Of a stretch of 64,000 nt of DNA, positions 19,584-28,581 are shown piece by piece (position 1 is the first letter of the stretch; the number at the start of each line of letters is the position of its first letter). Below the pieces are notes generated by a model, which made no database searches, was not told the DNA's origin, and worked only from the letters and a program-made list of their open reading frames with translations. Source of the DNA: Flavobacteriaceae bacterium (GTDB lineage Bacteria > Bacteroidota > Bacteroidia > Flavobacteriales > Flavobacteriaceae). The DNA is taken from the NCBI GenBank assembly GCA_018657955.1, contig JABHWD010000020.1, positions 130,891-194,890 on the forward strand, read 5' to 3'. The position numbers and the translations under genes were made by a program.

Positions 19584-19715
19584 ATGCCTAGTAAATTTTT
19601 TGGAAACAAATTAGAAAAAAAGGTTCCTTTAAAAAAAGGAATTAAACAAAAGTTTAATAACAAGAATACTAAATCAAAATCTTCTGGAGTAAGAAAGGTT
19701 GGAAGAGGTAAATAA
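19584..19715 (+). CDS. Possible small, highly basic protein (43 aa), hypothetical
   Basis: ATG at 19584 to TAA at 19713-19715: MPSKFFGNKLEKKVPLKKGIKQKFNNKNTKSKSSGVRKVGRGK. It is below the ORF-track size cutoff, has an A-rich upstream region, and fills an otherwise empty 175-nt gap. No family recognised. Confidence 0.25.
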   Translation: MPSKFFGNKLEKKVPLKKGIKQKFNNKNTKSKSSGVRKVGRGK

Positions 19716-19717
19716 TT

Positions 19718-21517
19718 TTAAATCGTCTTATTTCTTTTTCTTTCTACTTCTTTTAGAAGAATTTTTCTTAATCTTAAATTGTTAGGAGTAACTTCAACAT
19801 ATTCATCTTTTTGAATATATTCTAATGCCTCTTCTAGTGAAAACTTAATTGCAGGAACAATCTTAGCTTTATCGTCAGCTCCAGAAGAACGAACATTACT
19901 TAATTTTTTAGTTTTTGTAACATTTATTGCTATGTCGTCTCCTCTAGAATTTTCACCAACCACTTGCCCTTCGTAAATAGCTTCACCTGGATCAACAAAA
20001 AATCTACCTCTGTCTTGTAATTTATCAATTGAATAGGGTATTGTAGTTCCTTTTTCCATTGAAATAAGAGATCCGTTCTGTCTTTCTGGCACACCACCTT
20101 TAATTGGCTTGTATTCTTTAAACCTATGTGACATTATTGCTTCTCCAGCAGTAGCTGTTAGTAGTTGATTTCTAAGACCTATTATTCCTCTTGAAGGTAT
20201 TATAAACTCACAAACCATTCTTTCTCCTTTTGAGACCATACTTATCATTTCACCTTTACGAATGGTTACCATTTCAATTGCTTTACCTGAAACATTTTCT
20301 GGTAAATCAATGGTCATTTCTTCAAAAGGTTCGCACTGCACTCCATCAATATTCTTAATTATTACTTGAGGTTGACCTATTTGTAATTCATATCCTTCTC
20401 TTCTCATGGTTTCAATTAATACAGATAAGTGTAAAACTCCTCTTCCATAAACCATAAATTTATCTGCGCTATCTGTTTCATTTAATCTTAGAGCAAGGTT
20501 TTTTTCTAATTCCTTATTTAATCTGTCTTTTATATGTCTTGACGTAACAAATTTTCCATCTTTTCCGAAAAAAGGAGAATCATTAATTGTAAATAACATA
20601 CTCATTGTAGGTTCGTCAATTGCAATAGTTTTAAGCGCCTCTGGGTTATCAAAATCAGCAACTGTATCTCCTATTTCAAAATTATCAAGACCTACTATTG
20701 CACAAATATCTCCTGGCAAAACTTGATCAACCTTTTTTCTAGCCAATCCTTCAAACACATGTAATTCTTTAATTTTAGATTTTATGATCGACTTATCTCT
20801 CTTAACTAAAGAGATATTTGCACCAGTATTTAAAACTCCTCTTTGAAGTCTTCCTATTGCTATTCTTCCAGTAAAAGAAGAGTAATCTAAAGATGTAATT
20901 AGCATTTGCAAGTTTCCGTCACTAATTTTTGGAGATGGCACATGATTTAATACCATTTTTAAAAGAGGTTCTATATTATTTGTTGGGTTTTTCCAATCTT
21001 CGCTCATCCAATTTTCTTTAGCAGAACCATAAACTGTTGGAAAATCTAATTGCCATTCTTCAGCTCCTAACTCAAACATTAAATCAAACACAGACTCATG
21101 AGCTTCTTCTGGCATACAATTCTCCTTATCAACTTTGTTAATTACAACACACGGTTTTAGTCCTAGATTCAAAGCTTTTTGTAAAACAAATCGGGTTTGT
21201 GGCATAGGCCCTTCGAAAGCATCCACTAAAAGCAGTACTCCATCTGCCATATTGAGAACTCTTTCAACCTCACCTCCAAAATCTGCGTGACCAGGAGTAT
21301 CAATAATATTAATCTTGGTGCCATTGTATTTTACCGATACATTTTTAGAAGTAATAGTGATACCTCTCTCTCTTTCTAAATCATTATTATCTAAAATTAA
21401 ATCACCTTTATTTTCATTATCACGAAATAGCTGACATTGAAACATTATTTTATCTACTAATGTTGTCTTTCCATGATCGACATGGGCAATAATTGCGATA
21501 TTTTTTATTTCAGACAT
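19718..21517 (-). CDS. typA: Translational GTPase TypA/BipA
   Basis: 599 aa. [33 protein letters not shown], and an EF-G-like domain order. Confidence 0.95.
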   Translation of the reverse strand: MSEIKNIAIIAHVDHGKTTLVDKIMFQCQLFRDNENKGDLILDNNDLERERGITITSKNVSVKYNGTKINIIDTPGHADFGGEVERVLNMADGVLLLVDAFEGPMPQTRFVLQKALNLGLKPCVVINKVDKENCMPEEAHESVFDLMFELGAEEWQLDFPTVYGSAKENWMSEDWKNPTNNIEPLLKMVLNHVPSPKISDGNLQMLITSLDYSSFTGRIAIGRLQRGVLNTGANISLVKRDKSIIKSKIKELHVFEGLARKKVDQVLPGDICAIVGLDNFEIGDTVADFDNPEALKTIAIDEPTMSMLFTINDSPFFGKDGKFVTSRHIKDRLNKELEKNLALRLNETDSADKFMVYGRGVLHLSVLIETMRREGYELQIGQPQVIIKNIDGVQCEPFEEMTIDLPENVSGKAIEMVTIRKGEMISMVSKGERMVCEFIIPSRGIIGLRNQLLTATAGEAIMSHRFKEYKPIKGGVPERQNGSLISMEKGTTIPYSIDKLQDRGRFFVDPGEAIYEGQVVGENSRGDDIAINVTKTKKLSNVRSSGADDKAKIVPAIKFSLEEALEYIQKDEYVEVTPNNLRLRKILLKEVERKRNKTI

Positions 21518-21740
21518 GATTAAACTTTAAGTATAATAATTATAAATGAAAAAGGTCAGTAAGAATGCAACCATACAATCAGACCAACCTATTTCGTTTT
21601 CGAGTGGTGCGAATATAATTAAATAAAACCTAAAATATTTCTATTATTTAATAAATTATTTTGGATATTCTTTTAATATCTTTAATTTAGAAATTACAGG
21701 TAAGCTGAAACTCCTTAGAGTAGGCATTTATATAATATTT

Positions 21741-22178
21741 ATGAAAGAAGATTTTAATAAATTTTTGAGTTTTCACAGAGTTAATGGTGGAACTGGAAAA
21801 ATATTCAAGTTTGTATTTCTTGAATACAAGGAAGGCTTTCTAAAATTAAAAGCAGAGTTTTCCAAAGAAACACTTAATCCAAGTCGTAATGTTCAAGGAG
21901 GAATGATGACTTCTATGTTAGATGACATTACAAGCTTACTTATAATTTATGAATCTAGAGGGGCTATATATCCTAATTCTACTAACCTACATAGTTTACA
22001 TCACAGGCCTTTATTTGCTGGAGAAGTAACAGCAACTGCTGAGATTGTTAAAAAAGGAAAAAATATTGCCACTATAAAGGGAGAGCTCTATAACGCTGAG
22101 GGTAAATTAGCTGCAACATTGATGCATACTGTTGTATTAATGAAATCAGACTTTAAGGTGGATAGAAACACCGTTTAG
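21741..22178 (+). CDS. PaaI-family hotdog-fold thioesterase
   Basis: 145 aa. NPSRNVQGGMMTSMLDD and a C-terminal GKNIATIKGELYNAEGKLAA are typical of PaaI/YigI thioesterases. Confidence 0.8.
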   Translation: MKEDFNKFLSFHRVNGGTGKIFKFVFLEYKEGFLKLKAEFSKETLNPSRNVQGGMMTSMLDDITSLLIIYESRGAIYPNSTNLHSLHHRPLFAGEVTATAEIVKKGKNIATIKGELYNAEGKLAATLMHTVVLMKSDFKVDRNTV

Positions 22179-22209
22179 TATATTTATAAAAATATTAAAT
22201 TAATATAAA

Positions 22210-22485
22210 ATGAATGAAACTTTCTTGTTTGTTTTTTTGCTTATTTGGGGTATACCAAGCAGTTATTTTAGAAGTAAATTCAGAAAAATTATTTATGAAA
22301 CAGATGATTGGAAAATTAATATTAAACCAGTATTCAAAAAGGAATTAACAGGGCTATTTTTAAATATTTATCCCAATAACAAAGAATATATTAAATCAAG
22401 ATATTACTATAGGATATACTTATTTATATATATAATACTATTTATTATTTATATTTATATAGATGAAATAGATAGTATGTTTTAA
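22210..22485 (+). CDS. Hypothetical small membrane protein
   Basis: 91-aa ORF with hydrophobic N- and C-terminal segments, co-oriented between the thioesterase and the DUF1295-like gene. No family recognised. Confidence 0.35.
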   Translation: MNETFLFVFLLIWGIPSSYFRSKFRKIIYETDDWKINIKPVFKKELTGLFLNIYPNNKEYIKSRYYYRIYLFIYIILFIIYIYIDEIDSMF

Positions 22486-22503
22486 TTAACTTTATACGCT
22501 TAT

Positions 22504-23337
22504 ATGAAGAACATTACATTCTCATTAATTGCTTTCTCAATAGCATATGGTATTGCGCTATTAACAGATATAAGTTTAGTTAAAGATGCTGTATTGATAG
22601 CTTTTATTATACAATGGATTTTATTTATTCCAGCATATTTAATGCAAACAGAAAAATTCTATGATCTTTCAGGTAGTTTTACTTACATATTTGTCATTAG
22701 TTATGTTTATTATGAATCAGTTAAATTTAATTTAGGAAATCTTATTTTATCACTATTTATTATAATATGGGCAGTAAGATTGGGAAGCTTTTTATTTTTT
22801 AGAATTCAAAAAGCAGGTGAGGACAAAAGATTTAAAGATATTAAACCCTCACCAACAAGGTTTTTTATGACTTGGACACTACAAGGAATGTGGGTCTCTA
22901 TTTGTTCAGCATGCGCTATTACTGCCATGGCAACCTCCGAAGGAATACTAATGAATAAATTATTTTTTGTAGGAGCAATTACTTTTATTTTAGGATTTTT
23001 AGTAGAAGTGATGGCTGATAATCAAAAAACTAAATTTAGAAGCAGTCCTGAAAATAAAGACAAATTTATAACCACAGGGTTATGGTCTTATTCAAGATAT
23101 CCAAATTATCTAGGAGAAATCACTTTGTGGACAGGTGTTTCAATAATGTCTTTTTCTTCATTATCAGGATTACAATTAATAACATTAATATCTCCTGTTT
23201 TTACATATTTATTATTAGTTTATGTTAGTGGAGTACGGCTTTTGGAGGCAAGTGGAAAAGAAAAATGGGGACATCTAGATAGCTATCAAAAATACATTAA
23301 AAACACACCAACTCTTTTATTTAAATCAAAAAAATGA
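22504..23337 (+). CDS. DUF1295 / steroid 5-alpha-reductase-like polytopic membrane protein
   Basis: 277 aa and multi-TM. The C-terminal motif GLWSYSRYPNYLGE is characteristic of the ICMT / steroid-reductase / DUF1295 superfamily. Confidence 0.75.
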   Translation: MKNITFSLIAFSIAYGIALLTDISLVKDAVLIAFIIQWILFIPAYLMQTEKFYDLSGSFTYIFVISYVYYESVKFNLGNLILSLFIIIWAVRLGSFLFFRIQKAGEDKRFKDIKPSPTRFFMTWTLQGMWVSICSACAITAMATSEGILMNKLFFVGAITFILGFLVEVMADNQKTKFRSSPENKDKFITTGLWSYSRYPNYLGEITLWTGVSIMSFSSLSGLQLITLISPVFTYLLLVYVSGVRLLEASGKEKWGHLDSYQKYIKNTPTLLFKSKK

Positions 23338-24449
23338 ATGAGGTTTTTTTAAATTCTCCTGACAATAAATTACAAAACAGCTTAACTAATGATATTCTTT
23401 TAAAAAGTAATTCATTAGAATATCATAAGACTTTAGAGGAGTATTCAGTAACCCCGTTACATGACTTAAAAAATCTCTCCAGAAAATTGAATGTAGGTAA
23501 AATATATGTAAAGGATGAGTCTAAGAGATTTAACTTAAATGCTTTTAAAGGCTTAGGAGCTTCATATGCAATTCATAAAGCATTAAGCTTAGATCCAAAT
23601 ATTTCTATTTTTTGTACGGCTACAGATGGAAACCATGGAAGGGCAGTAGCATGGTCAGCTGCAAAAAATAATAGAAAATCTGTTATTTATGTTCCAAAAC
23701 AAACATCTGAGGCTAGAATTAAAGCTATTGCTAATCATGGCTCAGAAGTTATACAATTAGACTTAAATTATGAGGATACTTGCAAGTATGCTTCAGGCAT
23801 TAGTAATAAAATGGATTGGACATTAATTCAAGACACTTCTTGGGAGAATTATGAAGAAATACCAGCCTATATTATGTCAGGATATTTAACTCATTTACGC
23901 GAGATGGAAGATTCTATTAATACTCTAAATCAACCAGGGGTTGATATTGTATTCCTTCAATGTGGTGTCGGAAGCTGGCCTGCTTCCTGCATTTGGTATT
24001 ATATAAATAGATATTTTAGGAATAAACCTAAAATTGTATTGGTTGAGCCAGATGAGTCCTCAGGTATACTTCAGTCATTATTATCTAATAAAAGGGTAAC
24101 TCCAAAAGGCAGCTTAAATACTATAATGGCAGGACTAAATTGCGGAATACCTTCTAAGAGTGGTTGGGAGATTATTAAGAAAGGATGTGATGCAGCTTTA
24201 AGTATTTCAGACGAATATGCTGAAAAAGCAATTAGAGCCCTTTATTTTCCAATTAAAGATGATAAAAGAGTAATATCTGGCGAATCTGGTGCAGCTGGAT
24301 TAGGTGGGCTAATTAAATGCTTAGAAGTAAATAAGTTTGATACTTTAAGAGAACATATTGGATTAAACACAAAATCTAAAATATTATGTATTAACACTGA
24401 AGGCAATACTGATCCTGAAAGTTTCAAATCAATTATTAGTAATAATTAA
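23334..24449 (+). CDS. PLP-dependent diaminopropionate ammonia-lyase-like enzyme (tryptophan synthase beta fold)
   Basis: 371 aa. DESKRFNLNAFKGLGASYA carries the PLP-lysine motif and resembles the YgeX/DpaL signature. A glycine loop SGESGAAGLGG follows. The start overlaps the upstream stop (ATGA at 23334-23337). Confidence 0.7.
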   Translation: MNEVFLNSPDNKLQNSLTNDILLKSNSLEYHKTLEEYSVTPLHDLKNLSRKLNVGKIYVKDESKRFNLNAFKGLGASYAIHKALSLDPNISIFCTATDGNHGRAVAWSAAKNNRKSVIYVPKQTSEARIKAIANHGSEVIQLDLNYEDTCKYASGISNKMDWTLIQDTSWENYEEIPAYIMSGYLTHLREMEDSINTLNQPGVDIVFLQCGVGSWPASCIWYYINRYFRNKPKIVLVEPDESSGILQSLLSNKRVTPKGSLNTIMAGLNCGIPSKSGWEIIKKGCDAALSISDEYAEKAIRALYFPIKDDKRVISGESGAAGLGGLIKCLEVNKFDTLREHIGLNTKSKILCINTEGNTDPESFKSIISNN

Positions 24450-24482
24450 CTAAACTAAAATATAATTTTATATATTGAAAAA

Positions 24483-24659
24483 ATGTCTGATAATCACCCT
24501 ATTATTACTATAAGACCAAATGGTCCAATTTCTGTTAATGGTGAAGTTGTTCTTATGGATGAGAATGGAAATAAAATAGAGCATAAATCAAAATTCTCCC
24601 TATGCAGATGCACAAAATCTAAAATACTTCCTTTTTGTGATGGTTCTCATAAAAATTAG
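24483..24659 (+). CDS. CDGSH-type iron-sulfur domain protein (58 aa)
   Basis: Not in the ORF track because it is under the size cutoff. The translation MSDNHPIITIRPNGPISVNGEVVLMDENGNKIEHKSKFSLCRCTKSKILPFCDGSHKN contains a perfect C-x-C-x2-S-x3-P-x-C-D-G-S-H motif. Confidence 0.8.
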   Translation: MSDNHPIITIRPNGPISVNGEVVLMDENGNKIEHKSKFSLCRCTKSKILPFCDGSHKN

Positions 24660-24685
24660 ACAAAGAAAATACTTATAATCGTATT
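24621..24685 (+). repeat. Left copy of a direct repeat (last ~39 nt of the CDGSH CDS plus ~26 nt downstream)
   Basis: It aligns without gaps to 26247-26311. By eye, about 57 of 65 positions are identical. Confidence 0.8.
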
Positions 24686-24687
24686 TT
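24666..24687. terminator. Candidate bidirectional hairpin between the convergent CDGSH and sialidase genes
   Basis: aaaatac (24666-24672) pairs with gtatttt (24681-24687) around an 8-nt loop. The stem is AT-rich and therefore weak. Confidence 0.3.
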
Positions 24688-24697
24688 ATTAATGTGA

Positions 24698-25786
24698 CTA
24701 TAAATCATTCATCAACCAATGCAAAGAAAATGTAGTAAAAACATTTTTTGAATAGTTGTCCATTTCAAACAAAAGGCCAATATCTCCATTGTTTAAAACT
24801 GTCATTGAAGAATATGCTGCACTTCCTGCATAAATCAACTTGGGGTCGGACCATGTCTTTCCTCCATTTAAACTATGCCTTATAGCTATTTCTTTTCTTT
24901 CTGATTGATTATTAATGCTAGAGAACAGCAATAAATCACTTTTAATATAATTACCATAATCATATTTAATTAAACTTGCATTACACCCTGGATCAATTAA
25001 TTTACTTTCAGGTTTTGTTGTCCAGTTCTTGCCTTGATCTTTGCTTATATGGGAATATCGTATTCCTTTATTATTGACTCTAGAATTAACCAGCCATGAC
25101 CTGTCGTTTAATTCAACTATTTTAGACTCATCTCCTGGTGATATAGGGGTGTCAGTTATGTACCAAGTCTTGCCATGATCATTGCTGCCAAAAATGTGTG
25201 TCCCTTTTTGAAGATTAACTAAGCAATGTAAAAGAATTCCATCCTGTGTTTGAAATCCTCTTCCTGATGTAATGAATTTAAAATCATTTTTCCATTCAGG
25301 CTTAGAAATTTGATCAGTTATATCAATTGGTTTTGACCAAGTTAAGCCATTATCTAAACTTGTAATATATTTCAAATAATAACTATCCTTGTCTTTATCA
25401 AGATTCATATAATTATAAAACAAGTAGATCTGTTTCATTTTTCTATCAAAAATCATTGATGGATCTGATGCTGATTCTCCAGAAGGATAGTTAATAATTC
25501 GATTGATTGATGACCATGATTTTCCTTCATCATTACTAGTTCTTATTACAATATTAATATCTCTATTCAATTTTAAATCGCCACATGACAGAACCCTTTC
25601 ATCTGCTGCTGCGATTAGTGTTCCCTTGTCAGTAGTAATAATTGAGGGTATTCTATAGCACGACACTTTGCTGTTTTTAGACGTACTAAATACTTCATAA
25701 AATTTTAAATCTGATTTTTGAGAAAAAGACAATAATGAATTTAAAAATATAACTACTATAAGAAGGAGGGGGTTAGACGAATACAT
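24698..25786 (-). CDS. Exo-alpha-sialidase (GH33-like, BNR/Asp-box beta-propeller), secreted
   Basis: 362 aa with a signal peptide. It has the YRIPS (RIP) motif near the N-terminus and five Asp-boxes: SNDEGKSW, SLDNGLTW, SNDHGKTW, SKDQGKNW, SLNGGKTW. Confidence 0.85.
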   Translation of the reverse strand: MYSSNPLLLIVVIFLNSLLSFSQKSDLKFYEVFSTSKNSKVSCYRIPSIITTDKGTLIAAADERVLSCGDLKLNRDINIVIRTSNDEGKSWSSINRIINYPSGESASDPSMIFDRKMKQIYLFYNYMNLDKDKDSYYLKYITSLDNGLTWSKPIDITDQISKPEWKNDFKFITSGRGFQTQDGILLHCLVNLQKGTHIFGSNDHGKTWYITDTPISPGDESKIVELNDRSWLVNSRVNNKGIRYSHISKDQGKNWTTKPESKLIDPGCNASLIKYDYGNYIKSDLLLFSSINNQSERKEIAIRHSLNGGKTWSDPKLIYAGSAAYSSMTVLNNGDIGLLFEMDNYSKNVFTTFSLHWLMNDL

Positions 25787-25860
25787 TTTTAATTAAAGCA
25801 ATATTTAGTTTAGGTAATTAATAGGTAATTTAGAGAATTATAAAATAAAATAATAATTAT

Positions 25861-26160
25861 ATGGAATCAATAAATAAAAACTGGAAATCAATATTTCTTT
25901 TCTCAACTATTTTTTTTATACTAGGATATCTAGTAGGAAATAACTTAAAGGGTGATGAAAAAAAAGAACACATAGTTATCAAGAAGTTTGAAAATGGAAA
26001 GGGTACAATAGATTTTAACAGGAATCATAAGAATTACAAGAAGATGATTGAAGAAGCAGAAGGTGATCCAAATATGACCATTAAAATTGATAGTACTTTA
26101 AAGGATGGTAAGAAAGAAATTAGAGTAGAAGTTAGGAAAGAAATACATTCAGATCATTAG
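25861..26160 (+). CDS. Hypothetical single-pass membrane protein (99 aa)
   Basis: N-terminal TM segment IFLFSTIFFILGYLVG followed by a charged Lys/Glu-rich region. It is divergent from the sialidase. No family recognised. Confidence 0.4.
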   Translation: MESINKNWKSIFLFSTIFFILGYLVGNNLKGDEKKEHIVIKKFENGKGTIDFNRNHKNYKKMIEEAEGDPNMTIKIDSTLKDGKKEIRVEVRKEIHSDH

Positions 26161-26161
26161 A

Positions 26162-26311
26162 AGAAAACTCCCTTCTTGTGATGGCCCTCTCAAAATTAAC
26201 CATAGAAAACCTTCCTCTTGTGATGGTTCTCTCAAAAATTAGCCATAAAAGACTTCCTTCTTGTGATGGTTTTCTCAAAAATTAGCCAAAGAAAATACTT
26301 ATAGTCATATT
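26162..26311 (+). repeat. Tandem array of three 42-43-nt units plus a partial unit, all derived from the CDGSH gene 3' end
   Basis: The units start at about 26162, 26204 and 26247. Each contains cttgtgatgg (..S-C-D-G..) and caaaa(a)tta. The TGT codons sit at 26177, 26219 and 26262. The last unit plus the trailing agaaaatacttata... matches 24621-24685. Confidence 0.8.
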
Positions 26312-26371
26312 AATAAAATATGATTGTAAAGAATTCTTGCTTTAAAGAAATAATATGGGGGTGGATGTAAA

Positions 26372-26563
26372 CTAAGCTAGAGTAATATCTATAGCAGCCT
26401 TACCTTTTTTCCCTTCACCTTCAGAAAAATTAACCTTATCGCCTTCATGGATTGTAATTCCATTTAATGCTGTAATATGAACAAATATATCTTGTTCTGT
26501 TTCATCATTAGTGATAAAGCCATATCCTTTGGATTCGTTGAAAAATTTAACTGTTCCTATCAT
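26372..26563 (-). CDS. Cold-shock domain protein (CspA family)
   Basis: MIGTVKFFNESKGYGFITNDE...DIFVHITAL contains the RNP1 and RNP2 motifs. I place the start at the ATG at 26563 (63 aa), because the longer track ORF would run through the predicted -7 box. Confidence 0.9.
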   Translation of the reverse strand: MIGTVKFFNESKGYGFITNDETEQDIFVHITALNGITIHEGDKVNFSEGEGKKGKAAIDITLA

Positions 26564-26581
26564 TGAATATAATTTTGAATG

Positions 26582-26589
26582 CAAATGTA
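26582..26589 (-). promoter_or_regulatory. Candidate -7 box (TAcaTTTG on the minus strand) for the cold-shock gene
   Basis: The plus-strand caaatgta is tacatttg on the minus strand, 19 nt upstream of the ATG at 26563. Confidence 0.4.
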
Positions 26590-26653
26590 TATAATAAAAA
26601 AGGAATAACAAGCATTTATTTTTGTAATTTCACATTTAATCATTCATTGTATT

Positions 26654-27622
26654 TTGAAGAATCTATATCTGTTAATTGCTTTTTATCTGCTTGTTTTTAA
26701 CGCACATGCACAATTTACAATTGAAAAAATTCATTTTGAAAGCGCAAATCCATACTCATTTAATGATATTATTACAGATTTAGATAAACAAGAGAAACAA
26801 GAAGTATTTGGAGAACTAGTTATTCCAATGGATTCAATAGATAATAAAAAAAAATACCCCTTAATTATTGGTGTAGCTGGAAGCCTTGGATGGGGAGAAC
26901 ATCATTATAAATACTTAAAGATGTATCAAGAAATGGGTATAGCAACTTTTGAATTAAATAGTTTTAAAAGTAGAAGTATTACCTCAACAGTAGGTACGCA
27001 AAATGAAATAACCATGGCTGCAATGATACTTGATGCTTATAGAGCTTTTGAAGTATTAGCAGAACATCCAAGAATTGATAAGGACAAAGTTTCAATTACT
27101 GGATGGAGTCTTGGAGGAGGAGTCACTTTATTCTCTGCTTGGTTACCACTTAAAGATGCAATTAATAAAGAATTATCATTTGCTTCTCATTTAGCTTTTT
27201 ATCCTCCATGCTTTATTAATCCAGATAACACAGATTTTTCTCAATCACCTATTCATATATTAATAGGCGAATTGGATAACTGGACACCTTCAGCCCCTTG
27301 TAATGATTTAGTAAATAAATTAAGCGCTAAAACAAATATTGGTCTTACAATATATAAAGATTCATATCATTCATTTGACAGAGATGCTCCAGTAATAAGA
27401 GATGAAAATGCTTATAATTTCAGTGATTGTATATTTAGATTAGATGAGAAGGGTAATATTTTGATGAATTACCTAAATATTCCAATGTCAAATCCATTTT
27501 TACAAAAAATTGGGTTTGTAATGTGCGTTACCAGAGGTGTTTATTTTGGTGGAAATCCACAGGCTAGAGAGAAATCCTTTACTTTTAGCAAGAAATTTAT
27601 GAAAGAAACATTATTAAATTAA
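26654..27622 (+). CDS. Secreted alpha/beta hydrolase, dienelactone-hydrolase-like
   Basis: 322 aa with signal peptide MKNLYLLIAFYLLVFNAHAQ (TTG start). The nucleophile elbow is GWSLGG and a late SYHSFD histidine region is present. Confidence 0.7.
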   Translation: MKNLYLLIAFYLLVFNAHAQFTIEKIHFESANPYSFNDIITDLDKQEKQEVFGELVIPMDSIDNKKKYPLIIGVAGSLGWGEHHYKYLKMYQEMGIATFELNSFKSRSITSTVGTQNEITMAAMILDAYRAFEVLAEHPRIDKDKVSITGWSLGGGVTLFSAWLPLKDAINKELSFASHLAFYPPCFINPDNTDFSQSPIHILIGELDNWTPSAPCNDLVNKLSAKTNIGLTIYKDSYHSFDRDAPVIRDENAYNFSDCIFRLDEKGNILMNYLNIPMSNPFLQKIGFVMCVTRGVYFGGNPQAREKSFTFSKKFMKETLLN

Positions 27623-27672
27623 TTTTTATGCTCTATTTCTAATTACACTACTAGGATTCTTATTTAAAAAGT

Positions 27673-28479
27673 CTATATAACTTCCTTGATAAAAATTATA
27701 ACTGAAAGTATAATAACAAAAAATCCAAACCCTTTCTTTAGTTGATCGTCAGGAACTCTGTGGTTATAATATTGACCTACATATATCCCTGAAACAGATA
27801 TAGCAGAAAATAATAATAAAAAGTTCCAATCAATAATCTGAACTTGTATATCACCTATAAAACCTATTAAAGATTTTAAAGATATAATTGCTAGAGAAGT
27901 AGCTATAGCATGTTTCATCCTGAGTTTAGTTAAGATAACTAATACCGGTATTATAATAAAACCTCCGCCTGCGCCTACAAGCCCTGTTATAAAGCCAATT
28001 AAAGACCCCTCTGCTAATATTATAAGCTTATTTGGCGCAATAATTTTTATACTTTTCATTTTAACAATTGTCTTTGGCGATTTCTTAATCATAAAAAACC
28101 CAGCAACTACCATCAAAATTGAAAAAAGGAGCATTATAAATTTTTCTTTTGTTAGAATAATTAGATCACTTGTTAAAATTATTTCTGGAATAAGTAGTAT
28201 TAGGTATTTTCTAGTTATATATACAGAAATAATTGCTGAAATAGAAAAGAATAATGTTGTATGATAATCAATCATGTTATTCCTTAGATTCTTTATTGAA
28301 CCTACAAGAGAAGTAATTCCTACAATAAACAAAGAGTATGCTGTAGCTAAAACCGGATTAATACCAAAGATATATACAAGAACTGGCAAAGACAGTATTG
28401 ATCCTCCACTACCGATTAGCCCAAGGATCAATCCAACCAAAAATGCGCCAAAATATCCTAAAATTTGAATTGGTTCCAC
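27673..28479 (-). CDS. TauE/SafE family sulfite-exporter-like permease (DUF81)
   Basis: 268 aa and polytopic, with duplicated G-rich motifs LIGSGGSILSLPVLVY and LVGAGGGFIIIPVLV. Confidence 0.85.
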   Translation of the reverse strand: MEPIQILGYFGAFLVGLILGLIGSGGSILSLPVLVYIFGINPVLATAYSLFIVGITSLVGSIKNLRNNMIDYHTTLFFSISAIISVYITRKYLILLIPEIILTSDLIILTKEKFIMLLFSILMVVAGFFMIKKSPKTIVKMKSIKIIAPNKLIILAEGSLIGFITGLVGAGGGFIIIPVLVILTKLRMKHAIATSLAIISLKSLIGFIGDIQVQIIDWNFLLLFSAISVSGIYVGQYYNHRVPDDQLKKGFGFFVIILSVIIFIKEVI

Positions 28480-28581
28480 TACAGTTTATAGGTATAAATA
28501 TATTATGTTAATATAAGCTTAATATTTGAGATAATACAGAGGATTTAAATATCTTTATTAAATGTATATTATAATAAATTA

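Noticed and set aside
21546-21626. 26-codon ORF (MKKVSKNATIQSDQPISFSSGANIIK) in the typA upstream spacer
   Set aside because: It is too short, has no recognisable features, and lies on the strand opposite to the only nearby promoter-requiring gene. I cannot distinguish it from chance.
26162-26311. Possible CRISPR array, since the region contains regularly repeated ~43-nt units
   Set aside because: The units are directly adjacent with no unique spacers, they are diverged copies of a gene tail, and no cas genes are present.
26564-26611. 16-codon N-terminal extension of the cold-shock ORF (track start at 26611)
   Set aside because: The extension (MLFLFYYIHLHSKLYS) is not part of any Csp family protein and would run through the predicted TAcaTTTG -7 box. 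The canonical MIGTVKFF start at 26563 is used instead.
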